Shown: one piece after another, positions 1 to 7,652 of the stretch
Layout of the letters: each line of letters starts with the position of its first letter
Numbering within the stretch: position 1 is the stretch's first letter
From: Chthonomonadales bacterium
GTDB lineage: Bacteria; Armatimonadota; Chthonomonadetes; Chthonomonadales; Chthonomonadaceae
Direction of reading: 5' to 3'
Assembly (NCBI GenBank): GCA_038217285.1
Contig: JBBQPO010000032.1
Span: 1-31,453, forward strand
Length of the DNA stretch: 31,453 nucleotides
The notes under the pieces: generated by a model
The model's database searches: none
Told to the model about the DNA's origin: nothing
Seen by the model: only the letters and a program-made list of their open reading frames with translations
Position numbers and translations under genes: made by a program

Positions 1-185
1 GGACGCACGAGGGGCTTGACCAACTGCCACAGATCGGCAGAAGTGAAATCGGCTGCCGAAAGAAAGCGAGTGATCTTGTCGTGACTAATGGCACCGCCGA
101 GCAAGGTGGACAGTCCGGTGGCTGTCGTCAGACTGAAAGACCTGATCAGGTAGTCGGTATAGAGATCGAGAAGTTGTGTGTCCAT
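1..185 (-). CDS. IS701-family (DDE) transposase, N-terminal part; runs off the left edge
   Basis: Manual translation of the minus strand from ATG at 185 gives MDTQLLDLYTDYLIRSFSLTTATGLSTLLGGAISHDKITRFLSAADFTSADLWQLVKPLVR. The LY-DYL...TATGLS...ISHD-ITRFL...LW-VKP pattern is typical of IS701-family transposase N-termini. Absent from the ORF track because it is open at the edge. Confidence 0.85.
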   Translation of the reverse strand, partial: MDTQLLDLYTDYLIRSFSLTTATGLSTLLGGAISHDKITRFLSAADFTSADLWQLVKPLVR

Positions 186-251
186 GACGGTATTTTACCG
201 CCAACAAGGGCAAACTCAGTCAGAGTAAAATGCTCGGCTGCGTAAGGTGAG
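1..251 (-). mobile_element. Left end of an IS701-like insertion sequence; candidate terminal inverted repeat at about 238-251 (CTCACCTTACGCAG on the minus strand)
   Basis: The transposase start at 185 lies about 65 bp inside a 14-mer resembling the ends of this IS group. The partner repeat is outside the window, so the boundary is unverified. Confidence 0.55.
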
Positions 252-393
252 GACCTAACACTCTTCGGTAACCCGCACGGCCACACAAGTAAGGTCAGCG
301 CAACGATAAGGAAATGGAATGATGCTGAACTACATCCCGCACTGCGCCTCCAACCTCAAGCGGCGTCAGACCTTTTGTCAGGAGACCAGACCC

Positions 394-1458
394 ATGCAGG
401 CTTCCGCTCGCGCCCTTCCCCGCTACTCTCTGGTCGATCTTGGAACCCTCGCCGGTGGAAGCGTCAGTGAAGCGACCGCGATCAACAACCTCAACCAGGT
501 GGTCGGCTGGTCCAACCTCGGCTCGGTGCAGCAGGAGAACCGGCGCGTGGACAAGTCCTCCTTCCGGCACGGCTTCCTGTGGGCAGACGGACAGCTTTGC
601 GATTTGAACCCGGACGACGGCGTCGATATTCGCCTGCCGCGCGGCATCAACGACGCCGGAACGGTCGTCGGTAATCTCTTTCCGCTGGGGGCGACCAGTC
701 GCAGCTTCTGCGTGAGTGCGGACGGGACGCGAGCAGAACCTCTGCCGGGAGTCCATCGCGCGGAGTCCATCAACGGCCGCGGCTGTATCGCGGGGGCCTG
801 GATCGATACGAACGATACCGTGCAGACGGTTCTGGTCTGTCCGGACGGTGATGGGAACTCCGCTCCGGCGTTTTGGCCGATGCGCCTGGAATCAAGACTG
901 TATGGCGGCGCCATTCGCGCTATCAACAACCGCAACGAGGGCGCCGGCTTTGCGATGCTCGGTCGGACGCCGGACCACGAGCTGAAACAGGCGATCTACT
1001 GGGGAGCGGACGGCACGGGCTGCGCGATCTTCACCGACCAAGAGGCGGCGACGGCAAGCGTAGCGACTGGCATCAATGGCTGGGGGCAGATCGTCGGCTA
1101 TCGCGACGCTCCACGTCTGGCTCAAGCGGCGACTCGGTCCGCTTTTCGGAGAACGGAGCGGGGAGAGATCCTGACCCTGCCCTGCCTGCCCGGCGCGAAG
1201 CAGAGCGAAGCCTGCGGCCTCAATGACGCCGCCCAGGTCGTCGGCATTTCCGGCAATCGCGCCTTCCTCTGGAGCGCCGCCTATGGCGCGGCGGATCTGA
1301 ACGAACTGATCCTCTCCGACAGCGGCTGGACCCTCACCCGCGCCAACGCGATCAACGCCGTCGGCGCTATCGTAGGGCAAGGAGTTTTCCAGGGACAGCG
1401 CCGCGCCTTTCTCGCGCTGCCCTCCTCTACTCCGGGCGGGCGGCAAGGATGGCAGTGA
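394..1458 (+). CDS. HAF-family extracellular-repeat (beta-propeller-like) protein
   Basis: YSLVDLGTL start motif; repeated A-aIN--GqVVG units (ATAINNLNQVVG, GINDAGTVVG, GINGWGQIVG, GLNDAAQVVG, ANAINAVGAIVG) with HGFLW, RAFLW and RAFL motifs. GGAG precedes ATG 394; alternative start at 319. Confidence 0.8.
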   Translation: MQASARALPRYSLVDLGTLAGGSVSEATAINNLNQVVGWSNLGSVQQENRRVDKSSFRHGFLWADGQLCDLNPDDGVDIRLPRGINDAGTVVGNLFPLGATSRSFCVSADGTRAEPLPGVHRAESINGRGCIAGAWIDTNDTVQTVLVCPDGDGNSAPAFWPMRLESRLYGGAIRAINNRNEGAGFAMLGRTPDHELKQAIYWGADGTGCAIFTDQEAATASVATGINGWGQIVGYRDAPRLAQAATRSAFRRTERGEILTLPCLPGAKQSEACGLNDAAQVVGISGNRAFLWSAAYGAADLNELILSDSGWTLTRANAINAVGAIVGQGVFQGQRRAFLALPSSTPGGRQGWQ

Positions 1459-3340
1459 GCGTAAGGGTCTCCTTACCGCGCTGTACGACGATCTGAACCT
1501 TATCGCCGGGTTTGTGCCCCGATAGGGCGACCGTATAGTCCTGAACGCTCTTGACCGTCAGGTCGCCGAACTTGACGATGATGTCGCCCGCCTTCAGTCC
1601 GGCCTTGTCGGCAGGGCTGCCTTCGCGGACGCCGTTCAACTGCACGCCTTCGACCATCGCCGCGTAGTCCGGAATACTGCCGAAATAGACGCGGAATCCG
1701 GGCGATCCGCCGCCGCCGGTCACCTTTACTTTCTGGTAGGTCGGCCTGTCGGGAGCGTCCGCGATGCGCTCCGCACACTCCGCGACCAACCGAAGCACTT
1801 TCGCCTCTCCAGGCGCGTTGATCAGATCGACCGTATCTTCAGGCGTATGATACTGCGGATGCGAGCCGGTAAAGAAGAAGAGCACCGGAATACTCTTGTT
1901 GTAGAACGACTGCTGGTCGCTGGCTCCGAAGCCGTCCATGCTGCGCGACAGGGTAAATCCGGCCGTCTGGTTCAGGCTGTCGAGCAGGCCATCCCACTCC
2001 TTCGCCGTGCCGCTGCCGATGGCGATGAGCTTGTTGTCGCGCAGTCGCCCGACCATGTCCATGTTGAGCATGGCGACGGTCTTTTCCAGCGGGAGGATCG
2101 GGTGTGCCGTATAGTATTCCGAGCCGAGCAGCCCCAACTCCTCGCCGCTGAAACAGATGAGCACCAGAGACCGGCGCGGACGCTGGCGCAGTTGGGCCGC
2201 CCGCTTGATGACTTTTCCTGATGTATCCAGCCCGAAAAAGCGGGCCAGCGCCAGCACACCCGCCGCGCCGGACGCGTTGTCGTCCGCGCCGTGATGGATC
2301 GCCGGGGCGCTGGACTTCGCCAGTGAGCCGGGGCCTCCCATGCCGAGATGATCGAGATGCGCTCCGATCACGACCACTTCGGCCTTCAGCGTCGGATCGC
2401 TGCCTTCGATCATCCCCACGACATTCGCCGTCACCTTCTCGACTGGCTTCACATCCGCAGTAAGGACGACAGTAAATCGCGACTCGAAAGAGACGTTTTT
2501 GCCTGCATCTGCGTCGGCCAGCACCGATTTCAGGTGGTGGTCGGGCGCTAACAACCGTTCCGTAATAACCTGTTTAATCCGCAGCACGGGTAATCCGGCG
2601 TCCGCACTCTCGGCAGAGGTACGCGTGTTCGCGCCAAAGGGGGTCTCTGCGGGCACTGCGACCAGGACTGCGATCGCGCCGAGTTCACGTGCATTCAGCG
2701 TTTTGCGCCGGATGTCGGCCAGCTCCGCCAGAGGACTGTGCGGGTCGTTGCCGGGGCTGCCCGCCAGCATCACGACGATCTTGCCTTTGACGTCCACGCC
2801 GGCAAAGTCGTCGTGATTGGCTTGCGGCGCACGGATGCCATAGCCGACGAAGACAAGTCGTCCCGTCGCCTCTCCGCCTGCCGAGACACTCGACGGTTCG
2901 AGGGTCGGCCCCGACACCCACTGTGTCAGCCCTGCAAAGCCTTTGCCCATAATGAAAAATGTCAGATGACTGTATGTGCCGACAATATGACCTGCACGGA
3001 AGCGAAAGGGCTGATAGTAGCCGCTGCCGTCGAGAGCGGCATGGGGGTCGCGCTGTTGGGAGGTGCCGAGCGGTTTGAGGCCGAAGCGCGCGAACTCGGC
3101 GGCGATATACTGCGCGGCCTTCTCATTGCCGGGCTCTCCACTGCCCCGTCCCTGGAGCGCGTCAGAGGAGAGATAGGCGATCTGTTTTTGGATCGTTTCC
3201 GGTGCGAAGGCCGCACGGGAGATGCTATTATCCTGGGCGTTCGCAGAGAGCGTCCAGAGCAGCCCCAGGACGGCCAGAAGTGGCCCTGCAGAGCGGAACC
3301 GAACCGTGCGCAGAGCGCTCGAAGTTTGCATCCTGGTCAT
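1427..3340 (-). CDS. Secreted M28-family aminopeptidase with PA domain and C-terminal PDZ domain
   Basis: Signal-peptide-like N-terminus (LLAVLGLLWTLSANA-Q); M28 motifs GAHLDHLG, GADDNASG, FSGEELGLLGS, NMDMVGR, SDQQSF, YHTPED; PA motif DVKGKIVV; PDZ motif GSPADKAGLKAGDII. Confidence 0.93.
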   Translation of the reverse strand: MTRMQTSSALRTVRFRSAGPLLAVLGLLWTLSANAQDNSISRAAFAPETIQKQIAYLSSDALQGRGSGEPGNEKAAQYIAAEFARFGLKPLGTSQQRDPHAALDGSGYYQPFRFRAGHIVGTYSHLTFFIMGKGFAGLTQWVSGPTLEPSSVSAGGEATGRLVFVGYGIRAPQANHDDFAGVDVKGKIVVMLAGSPGNDPHSPLAELADIRRKTLNARELGAIAVLVAVPAETPFGANTRTSAESADAGLPVLRIKQVITERLLAPDHHLKSVLADADAGKNVSFESRFTVVLTADVKPVEKVTANVVGMIEGSDPTLKAEVVVIGAHLDHLGMGGPGSLAKSSAPAIHHGADDNASGAAGVLALARFFGLDTSGKVIKRAAQLRQRPRRSLVLICFSGEELGLLGSEYYTAHPILPLEKTVAMLNMDMVGRLRDNKLIAIGSGTAKEWDGLLDSLNQTAGFTLSRSMDGFGASDQQSFYNKSIPVLFFFTGSHPQYHTPEDTVDLINAPGEAKVLRLVAECAERIADAPDRPTYQKVKVTGGGGSPGFRVYFGSIPDYAAMVEGVQLNGVREGSPADKAGLKAGDIIVKFGDLTVKSVQDYTVALSGHKPGDKVQIVVQRGKETLTLTAILAARPE

Positions 3341-3633
3341 TCCTTTTCTGCCGCGCCTGGCTCGGCGTCTTCGGTGGGAGCGATGAGGCGCACGGGGACG
3401 GCGCCGGGCGCTTGAATACGATCGCCGGGGCGGAGTTTACGGCCGCGCCGCTGTTCGGGCTCGCCGTTGACGATCACGACCGTCTCGGACAGATAGTTTT
3501 TCGCTTCGCCGCCCGTGCCGATGATCCCAGCCACTTTCAGCAGTTGACCGAGCGTGATGTGATCGCCCTGGACGACGATGGTCTGGTCCGGCTCGATGGC
3601 CGCCGTGGGAATGCGATTGCGTCGCGCAAGCAT
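3337..3633 (-). CDS. yaaA: S4-domain RNA-binding protein (YaaA/YbcJ-like), 98 aa
   Basis: C-terminal part of ORF 3337..4119: ITLGQLLKVAGIIGTGGEAK...VNGEPEQRRGRKLRPGD. A strong GGAGGAG RBS lies before ATG 3633, and the stop overlaps the peptidase start. Confidence 0.88.
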   Translation of the reverse strand: MLARRNRIPTAAIEPDQTIVVQGDHITLGQLLKVAGIIGTGGEAKNYLSETVVIVNGEPEQRRGRKLRPGDRIQAPGAVPVRLIAPTEDAEPGAAEKE

Positions 3634-3640
3634 AATATTC

Positions 3641-6313
3641 CTATCTCCTCCCGCGCCAGTCCACGATGCCGGGTTCGGTCGCACTGTCGGGCGGCTCGAT
3701 GTCGGCTTTTTCGGCTTGGCGCAGTACCGTTTCGATGGGGGGGCCGCCGGGGTGCATGGCGGCGAAAATCTCGTTGGCATAGCCGATGGCGCTGTTGCGG
3801 TTCGGCGCAAGAATGAGCAGCAGGAGGTCCGCCAGTTTGAAGGCCGGCAACGAACGTACGTCCAGCGAAACCTCCCATAGAAATAGTGTCGGGGAGGAGG
3901 CGCGCAAGCCGCGTAGCCCGGCGAGCGCGGCGCTGAGGGCGTCGAACTGGTCTTCGGCCTTCGGCGCAACCGGATGAAAAAGGTTGACCGCGCCCAGAAA
4001 GCAGGCGCGCGCCTCCGGCTTGCGTTCGGCCTTCTCGTGCAAGAAGCCGAGCTGCACCCAGGCCATCGGGTAGAGCGCGTTGGCGGTGGCATGGTGAAAA
4101 TGTGCCGTCGCCTCCGCAAAGTGATCGGTGATGACGTAGGAGGTGCCGAGCCGAAAGAAGGTCTGCGCCTCCGGATGCTGCATGGCGGCGATCCGCGCCT
4201 GCGCGTCGGCCTGGTCCTTGTGGTCGAGCATCAGGTGCAGGCGAACGAGCGCAAGCTGCACCTCGCAATCCGTCCGCGCATTGGGAAACTTCTCGACGGC
4301 CTCGATCTCCGGCACCGCCGCGCGCGCTTTGCCGGCCATGAGCATGTACTGCACCAGGCGCAGGCGCAGGCGCATCGATTCCGGCTCCAGCGCCACCGCT
4401 CGGCGCATATTCTCGATGGCCTGCCGCAGATTGCCGCGCCGGGCCTGCGCCAGCGCCAGGGCCGCGACGAAGGTAGCCCTGTCCGGCGCTTTGTCCACGA
4501 CCCCGAGCATATAGGCCTCCGCCTCCGCCCAGTTGCCGGTTGCAAGGCAGACCCACGCCATCGCCCAGCGCACCGCAGTGCTGCGGGGATGAATGTTGAT
4601 CACCTGGCCCAGAAGCCTGTCTCCAGCCGACTCCTGCCCCAGGCAGTTGTAGGCCACGCCCGCCAGCAGCCTGCCCTCCAGATTGGTGCGAACCGCTTCC
4701 AGCGCCTGCAGCCCGCAGGAGAGCGCTCCGGTGTAATCACAGCGCTGCAACAAGGTCTGACCACGCTCCGTCCAGTACTGCAGGCGTTCCGCGCGACCGG
4801 CGGAGGCGGCGGGACCTCCTGTGGAGAGCGGAGGCGTCTGCATTACCGGCGTGTAGTTGCTGCCGGCAGCCCAACACCGTTCCAGCGAGTCTTCGAAGAG
4901 TCCAAACTCGGGTACCGGGAGCATCTCCGGCTCCGGCGGCGTCCCGAGGCGAGAGAGCGCCACGCCGAGCACCATCGCCGCCAGACCGCCGCCGACGATC
5001 AATCCGCGTACTTTTGCATCGGCGTCTATCGGGCCGACCATCCCCCCGAGGATCGCGACGCCTCCGCAGAGCAGCAGGACGACCGCGAGCGTCTCCAGAG
5101 CGTTCGGCTCCCGCTTCACGCGCCGCTTGCGTTCCCAGCGGCTCAGGTTTTCGCTCTCTTCGCGCTCTTCGTCCATGAGTGCGCGTTCGATCAGGCTGAA
5201 CAGGCGATCAACGGTGGCATCAGCATCCTTGAACCACGGCGCGGCCACGGTCGGCGCGAACCGAACCGAGACAGGAGCGCCCGCCGCCTCTTCATGGACC
5301 TGCGCGATGCGGTCCTCGATGGTAGGGTGAAAGCTGTAGTGCGAGCGGCGATCCCGGTCGATAGCTTCCCGACGGAGTTTTGCCAGCTCCTTTTCGTCCT
5401 GAACGCGGAGCTTGCCGCGCATCCATTCCGTATAGCTGCCTTCGCGCTGGCTCTGCAGGACGCAGTCGTGCCAGGAGAACTCGGCGGCTTTGGCGTCGAG
5501 GATCGCGCTCTTGAGGAGCGCATCTCCAAAGGTGACGCCGCCGCACAGCTCTGCCGAGGACTTGTCGGCATCGAACTCGTCCTGACGGGAGTAGAGAGCG
5601 TAGAGGCGTACCCCGGCGGCGGCCAGAAGGCTGCCAAGCCGCGCCAGCAGGCTCGCGGTCCAGAAATGGCCCCAGACTTCGCCCTGGACGGGCTCTTCGC
5701 GCAGGGCCAGCTCGCGGGTCTCTTCGACCAACCGGACGAAGCGTGACACGCCCTGCATGCCGACCTTCTTCGCACCGCGCTGCACCAGCAGGGCATGCGC
5801 CATCTCGTGCAGGATGATCGCTTCGATCTCCTCCTGCCCGAGGCCGGTCAGCAAGTTGAAGCCCAACCCCAGCGTGCTCCGGCCGTGCCCGGAACGATAG
5901 CCGTCCAGTCGGACCCAGGCGCCGCAGGTCATCTCCAGCACGATAGAATCGGGCTCCGCGCATCCGGTACGGCGCGCGCAGTCGCGCACGGTCGCGAAGA
6001 GCTGCGGGGCTTCGGCCACGGTCAGAGCGATATGGTACTTCGCGCCCTCGCGCGGGCTGCGAAAGGTGGAGACGATCACTCGGGCAAGCCGCCACATGCG
6101 GCGAAACGGCGGGATCGCGGCTCCGGGCTGCAGGAGCCGCGCCATGATGAGCAGCAGAAATACGTCGGCTACCAGCACGCACGCGATAATCAGTAGCGCC
6201 AGCAGGCAGAGCGGAAAATAGAGCAGTGTCAGGAGGGCCAGCAGGAAGATCAGTCCGGCTTTCACCGGCGTCGAGATCGGCCGTTCACGCCTGGCAACGA
6301 CAATAGTGTTCAC
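3641..6313 (-). CDS. M48 (HtpX/Ste24-like) membrane zinc metalloprotease fused to TPR-like repeats
   Basis: N-terminal TM segments; HEMAH zinc motif; QDEFDAD third ligand; FHPTIEDRI; two central TM helices; then Ala/Leu-rich TPR-like repeats. Start taken as GTG 6313; the ORF is open to 6349. Confidence 0.85.
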   Translation of the reverse strand: MNTIVVARRERPISTPVKAGLIFLLALLTLLYFPLCLLALLIIACVLVADVFLLLIMARLLQPGAAIPPFRRMWRLARVIVSTFRSPREGAKYHIALTVAEAPQLFATVRDCARRTGCAEPDSIVLEMTCGAWVRLDGYRSGHGRSTLGLGFNLLTGLGQEEIEAIILHEMAHALLVQRGAKKVGMQGVSRFVRLVEETRELALREEPVQGEVWGHFWTASLLARLGSLLAAAGVRLYALYSRQDEFDADKSSAELCGGVTFGDALLKSAILDAKAAEFSWHDCVLQSQREGSYTEWMRGKLRVQDEKELAKLRREAIDRDRRSHYSFHPTIEDRIAQVHEEAAGAPVSVRFAPTVAAPWFKDADATVDRLFSLIERALMDEEREESENLSRWERKRRVKREPNALETLAVVLLLCGGVAILGGMVGPIDADAKVRGLIVGGGLAAMVLGVALSRLGTPPEPEMLPVPEFGLFEDSLERCWAAGSNYTPVMQTPPLSTGGPAASAGRAERLQYWTERGQTLLQRCDYTGALSCGLQALEAVRTNLEGRLLAGVAYNCLGQESAGDRLLGQVINIHPRSTAVRWAMAWVCLATGNWAEAEAYMLGVVDKAPDRATFVAALALAQARRGNLRQAIENMRRAVALEPESMRLRLRLVQYMLMAGKARAAVPEIEAVEKFPNARTDCEVQLALVRLHLMLDHKDQADAQARIAAMQHPEAQTFFRLGTSYVITDHFAEATAHFHHATANALYPMAWVQLGFLHEKAERKPEARACFLGAVNLFHPVAPKAEDQFDALSAALAGLRGLRASSPTLFLWEVSLDVRSLPAFKLADLLLLILAPNRNSAIGYANEIFAAMHPGGPPIETVLRQAEKADIEPPDSATEPGIVDWRGRR

Positions 6314-6436
6314 GGAAATTTCCTGATAGGAACAGAGCGGATAGAGCAATGGGCCGGAAGCCGCCGTGCGCTTCCTCCCTTCTCATTATAGCGGAGATGG
6401 CCTGTGACGTCAACCGGGCCGAGGAGTGCCGCGCTT

Positions 6437-7477
6437 CTACTCCCGGCGGTCGGGCGGCGCGACGATACGGGGACGCAACAGTTGTTCCGGCGCGGCCTCG
6501 GGCCGGTCGCCTGCCGGCCTCAACAGGGACTTAGGCGTCTCCGCATCGCTGCTTTTCGCGGGCCGCAGGAGCGCACTGTTCTGTTTCTGCTGCTTCAGCC
6601 GGGACTCGATCTCCTCCAGACACTGCCGCGCCGCCGCTTCCACCTGATCGCTGCCGACGTACCAGTGCTCTTCGCGAATCAGCCTCTTCAAGGCGGGAAT
6701 CGTTTGCGCGTCTCCCCACTGTTCCAGACGGTCAAGAATGCCGACCGCCAGTTCGACGTCGTCCTCCGGTCTCTGCAGGAGAAGCAGCAAGGCGTGGCGC
6801 TGTTCGGCAGAAAGCTCTATCGCCTGCTCCGGACCGATCTGCGACAGCAGTCCCTTGACGAGCCTGCGATACCGTCGGCGCTGCTGGTTGGCCTCGTGCA
6901 GACCGAACGTAGAGTAGATGCTGTTGTATCCCATATTTGCCGGGGTGAACCTAGCTCCGGGGCGGATCTCATCCGTAGGGTCTTTATCCCGCTCGAAGAG
7001 CGTAAATCTTTCGGCTATATTGGAGAGGAGATAGGGCAGGAAGCGCGCATCCGATCTGTCGGCAATCAAGGAAACCACGGAGAAAGGGGGAGAAGCGACA
7101 GCGCTCCGATTGCCACGCCCAAAGTTCCCATACCATGGTATCGAGCGCGCCAGACAGCCCATCATCGTCAGCATCATCGTCACGATACCGACGCCGAGGA
7201 CGGCTACGACTGCCTTCATCAGAGGACCAGCCGACGGATCTCTGCGCAGCGCCCAGGCAATCGCGAGGGTAAATAAGGCGTAGGGGAGGGCGTGGGTCAG
7301 TCGGCTCGCAAGCCGTCTGTTGGCCGCCGTGCACCGCACCGGATGGCTCACGAGAAACTGCAGTACAGTCTCATCGGGCAGTTCCGAAATCTGCTTCGCT
7401 GCAGCGGTTCGGAGATCAATATCCGGACTGTAAGCGTGCCGGATAAGCAGTTCGAGAACTTCCTTTTCGGTGGACAC
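6437..7477 (-). CDS. Hypothetical membrane protein with HEAT-like repeats
   Basis: Two TM helices; HEAT/PBS-like segments (LAVGILDRLEQWGDAQTIPALKRL, VEAAARQCLEEI); triple LLRP tail; GGAG before GTG 7477. Confidence 0.7.
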   Translation of the reverse strand: MSTEKEVLELLIRHAYSPDIDLRTAAAKQISELPDETVLQFLVSHPVRCTAANRRLASRLTHALPYALFTLAIAWALRRDPSAGPLMKAVVAVLGVGIVTMMLTMMGCLARSIPWYGNFGRGNRSAVASPPFSVVSLIADRSDARFLPYLLSNIAERFTLFERDKDPTDEIRPGARFTPANMGYNSIYSTFGLHEANQQRRRYRRLVKGLLSQIGPEQAIELSAEQRHALLLLLQRPEDDVELAVGILDRLEQWGDAQTIPALKRLIREEHWYVGSDQVEAAARQCLEEIESRLKQQKQNSALLRPAKSSDAETPKSLLRPAGDRPEAAPEQLLRPRIVAPPDRRE

Positions 7478-7589
7478 GGATCACTCCAAGAGGGAAATCA
7501 GGATCAACGCTGTTATACCCCAAACACGAAAGTTATAGATTTACGGACCCTCAGAGCGCACGACCCTCCCCTCAGACCCTGAGAACTAC

Positions 7590-7620
7590 TGCGGGCTGTA
7601 GCGAAATACTACAGCCCGCA
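7590..7620. terminator. Hairpin downstream of the copper-oxidase gene (probable terminator)
   Basis: TGCGGGCTGTAG-CGAAATA-CTACAGCCCGCA is a perfect 12-bp stem about 30 bp after the stop at 7653; the U-tract is weak. Confidence 0.55.
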
Positions 7621-7652
7621 CAGGCATAGTTCCCTCATTTTGCATGAGCGGG

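Noticed and set aside
289-298. GTAAGGTCAG resembling the candidate IS end GTAAGGTGAG
   Set aside because: A 9/10 match over 10 bp is too short to call a second element end.
1427-1458. 32-bp tail-to-tail overlap of the HAF and M28 genes
   Set aside because: Short convergent overlaps are common in GC-rich genomes, and both proteins look complete.
3634-4119. N-terminal extension of the 260-aa ORF containing the S4 domain
   Set aside because: Overlaps the M48 gene out of frame; a strong RBS supports ATG 3633.
3974-5746. 590-aa plus-strand ORF
   Set aside because: Antisense shadow of the M48/TPR gene in GC-rich DNA; no motifs.
7546-7582. Short GACCCT/CCCTCAGA direct repeats
   Set aside because: Too short and irregular for a CRISPR array, iterons or an att site.
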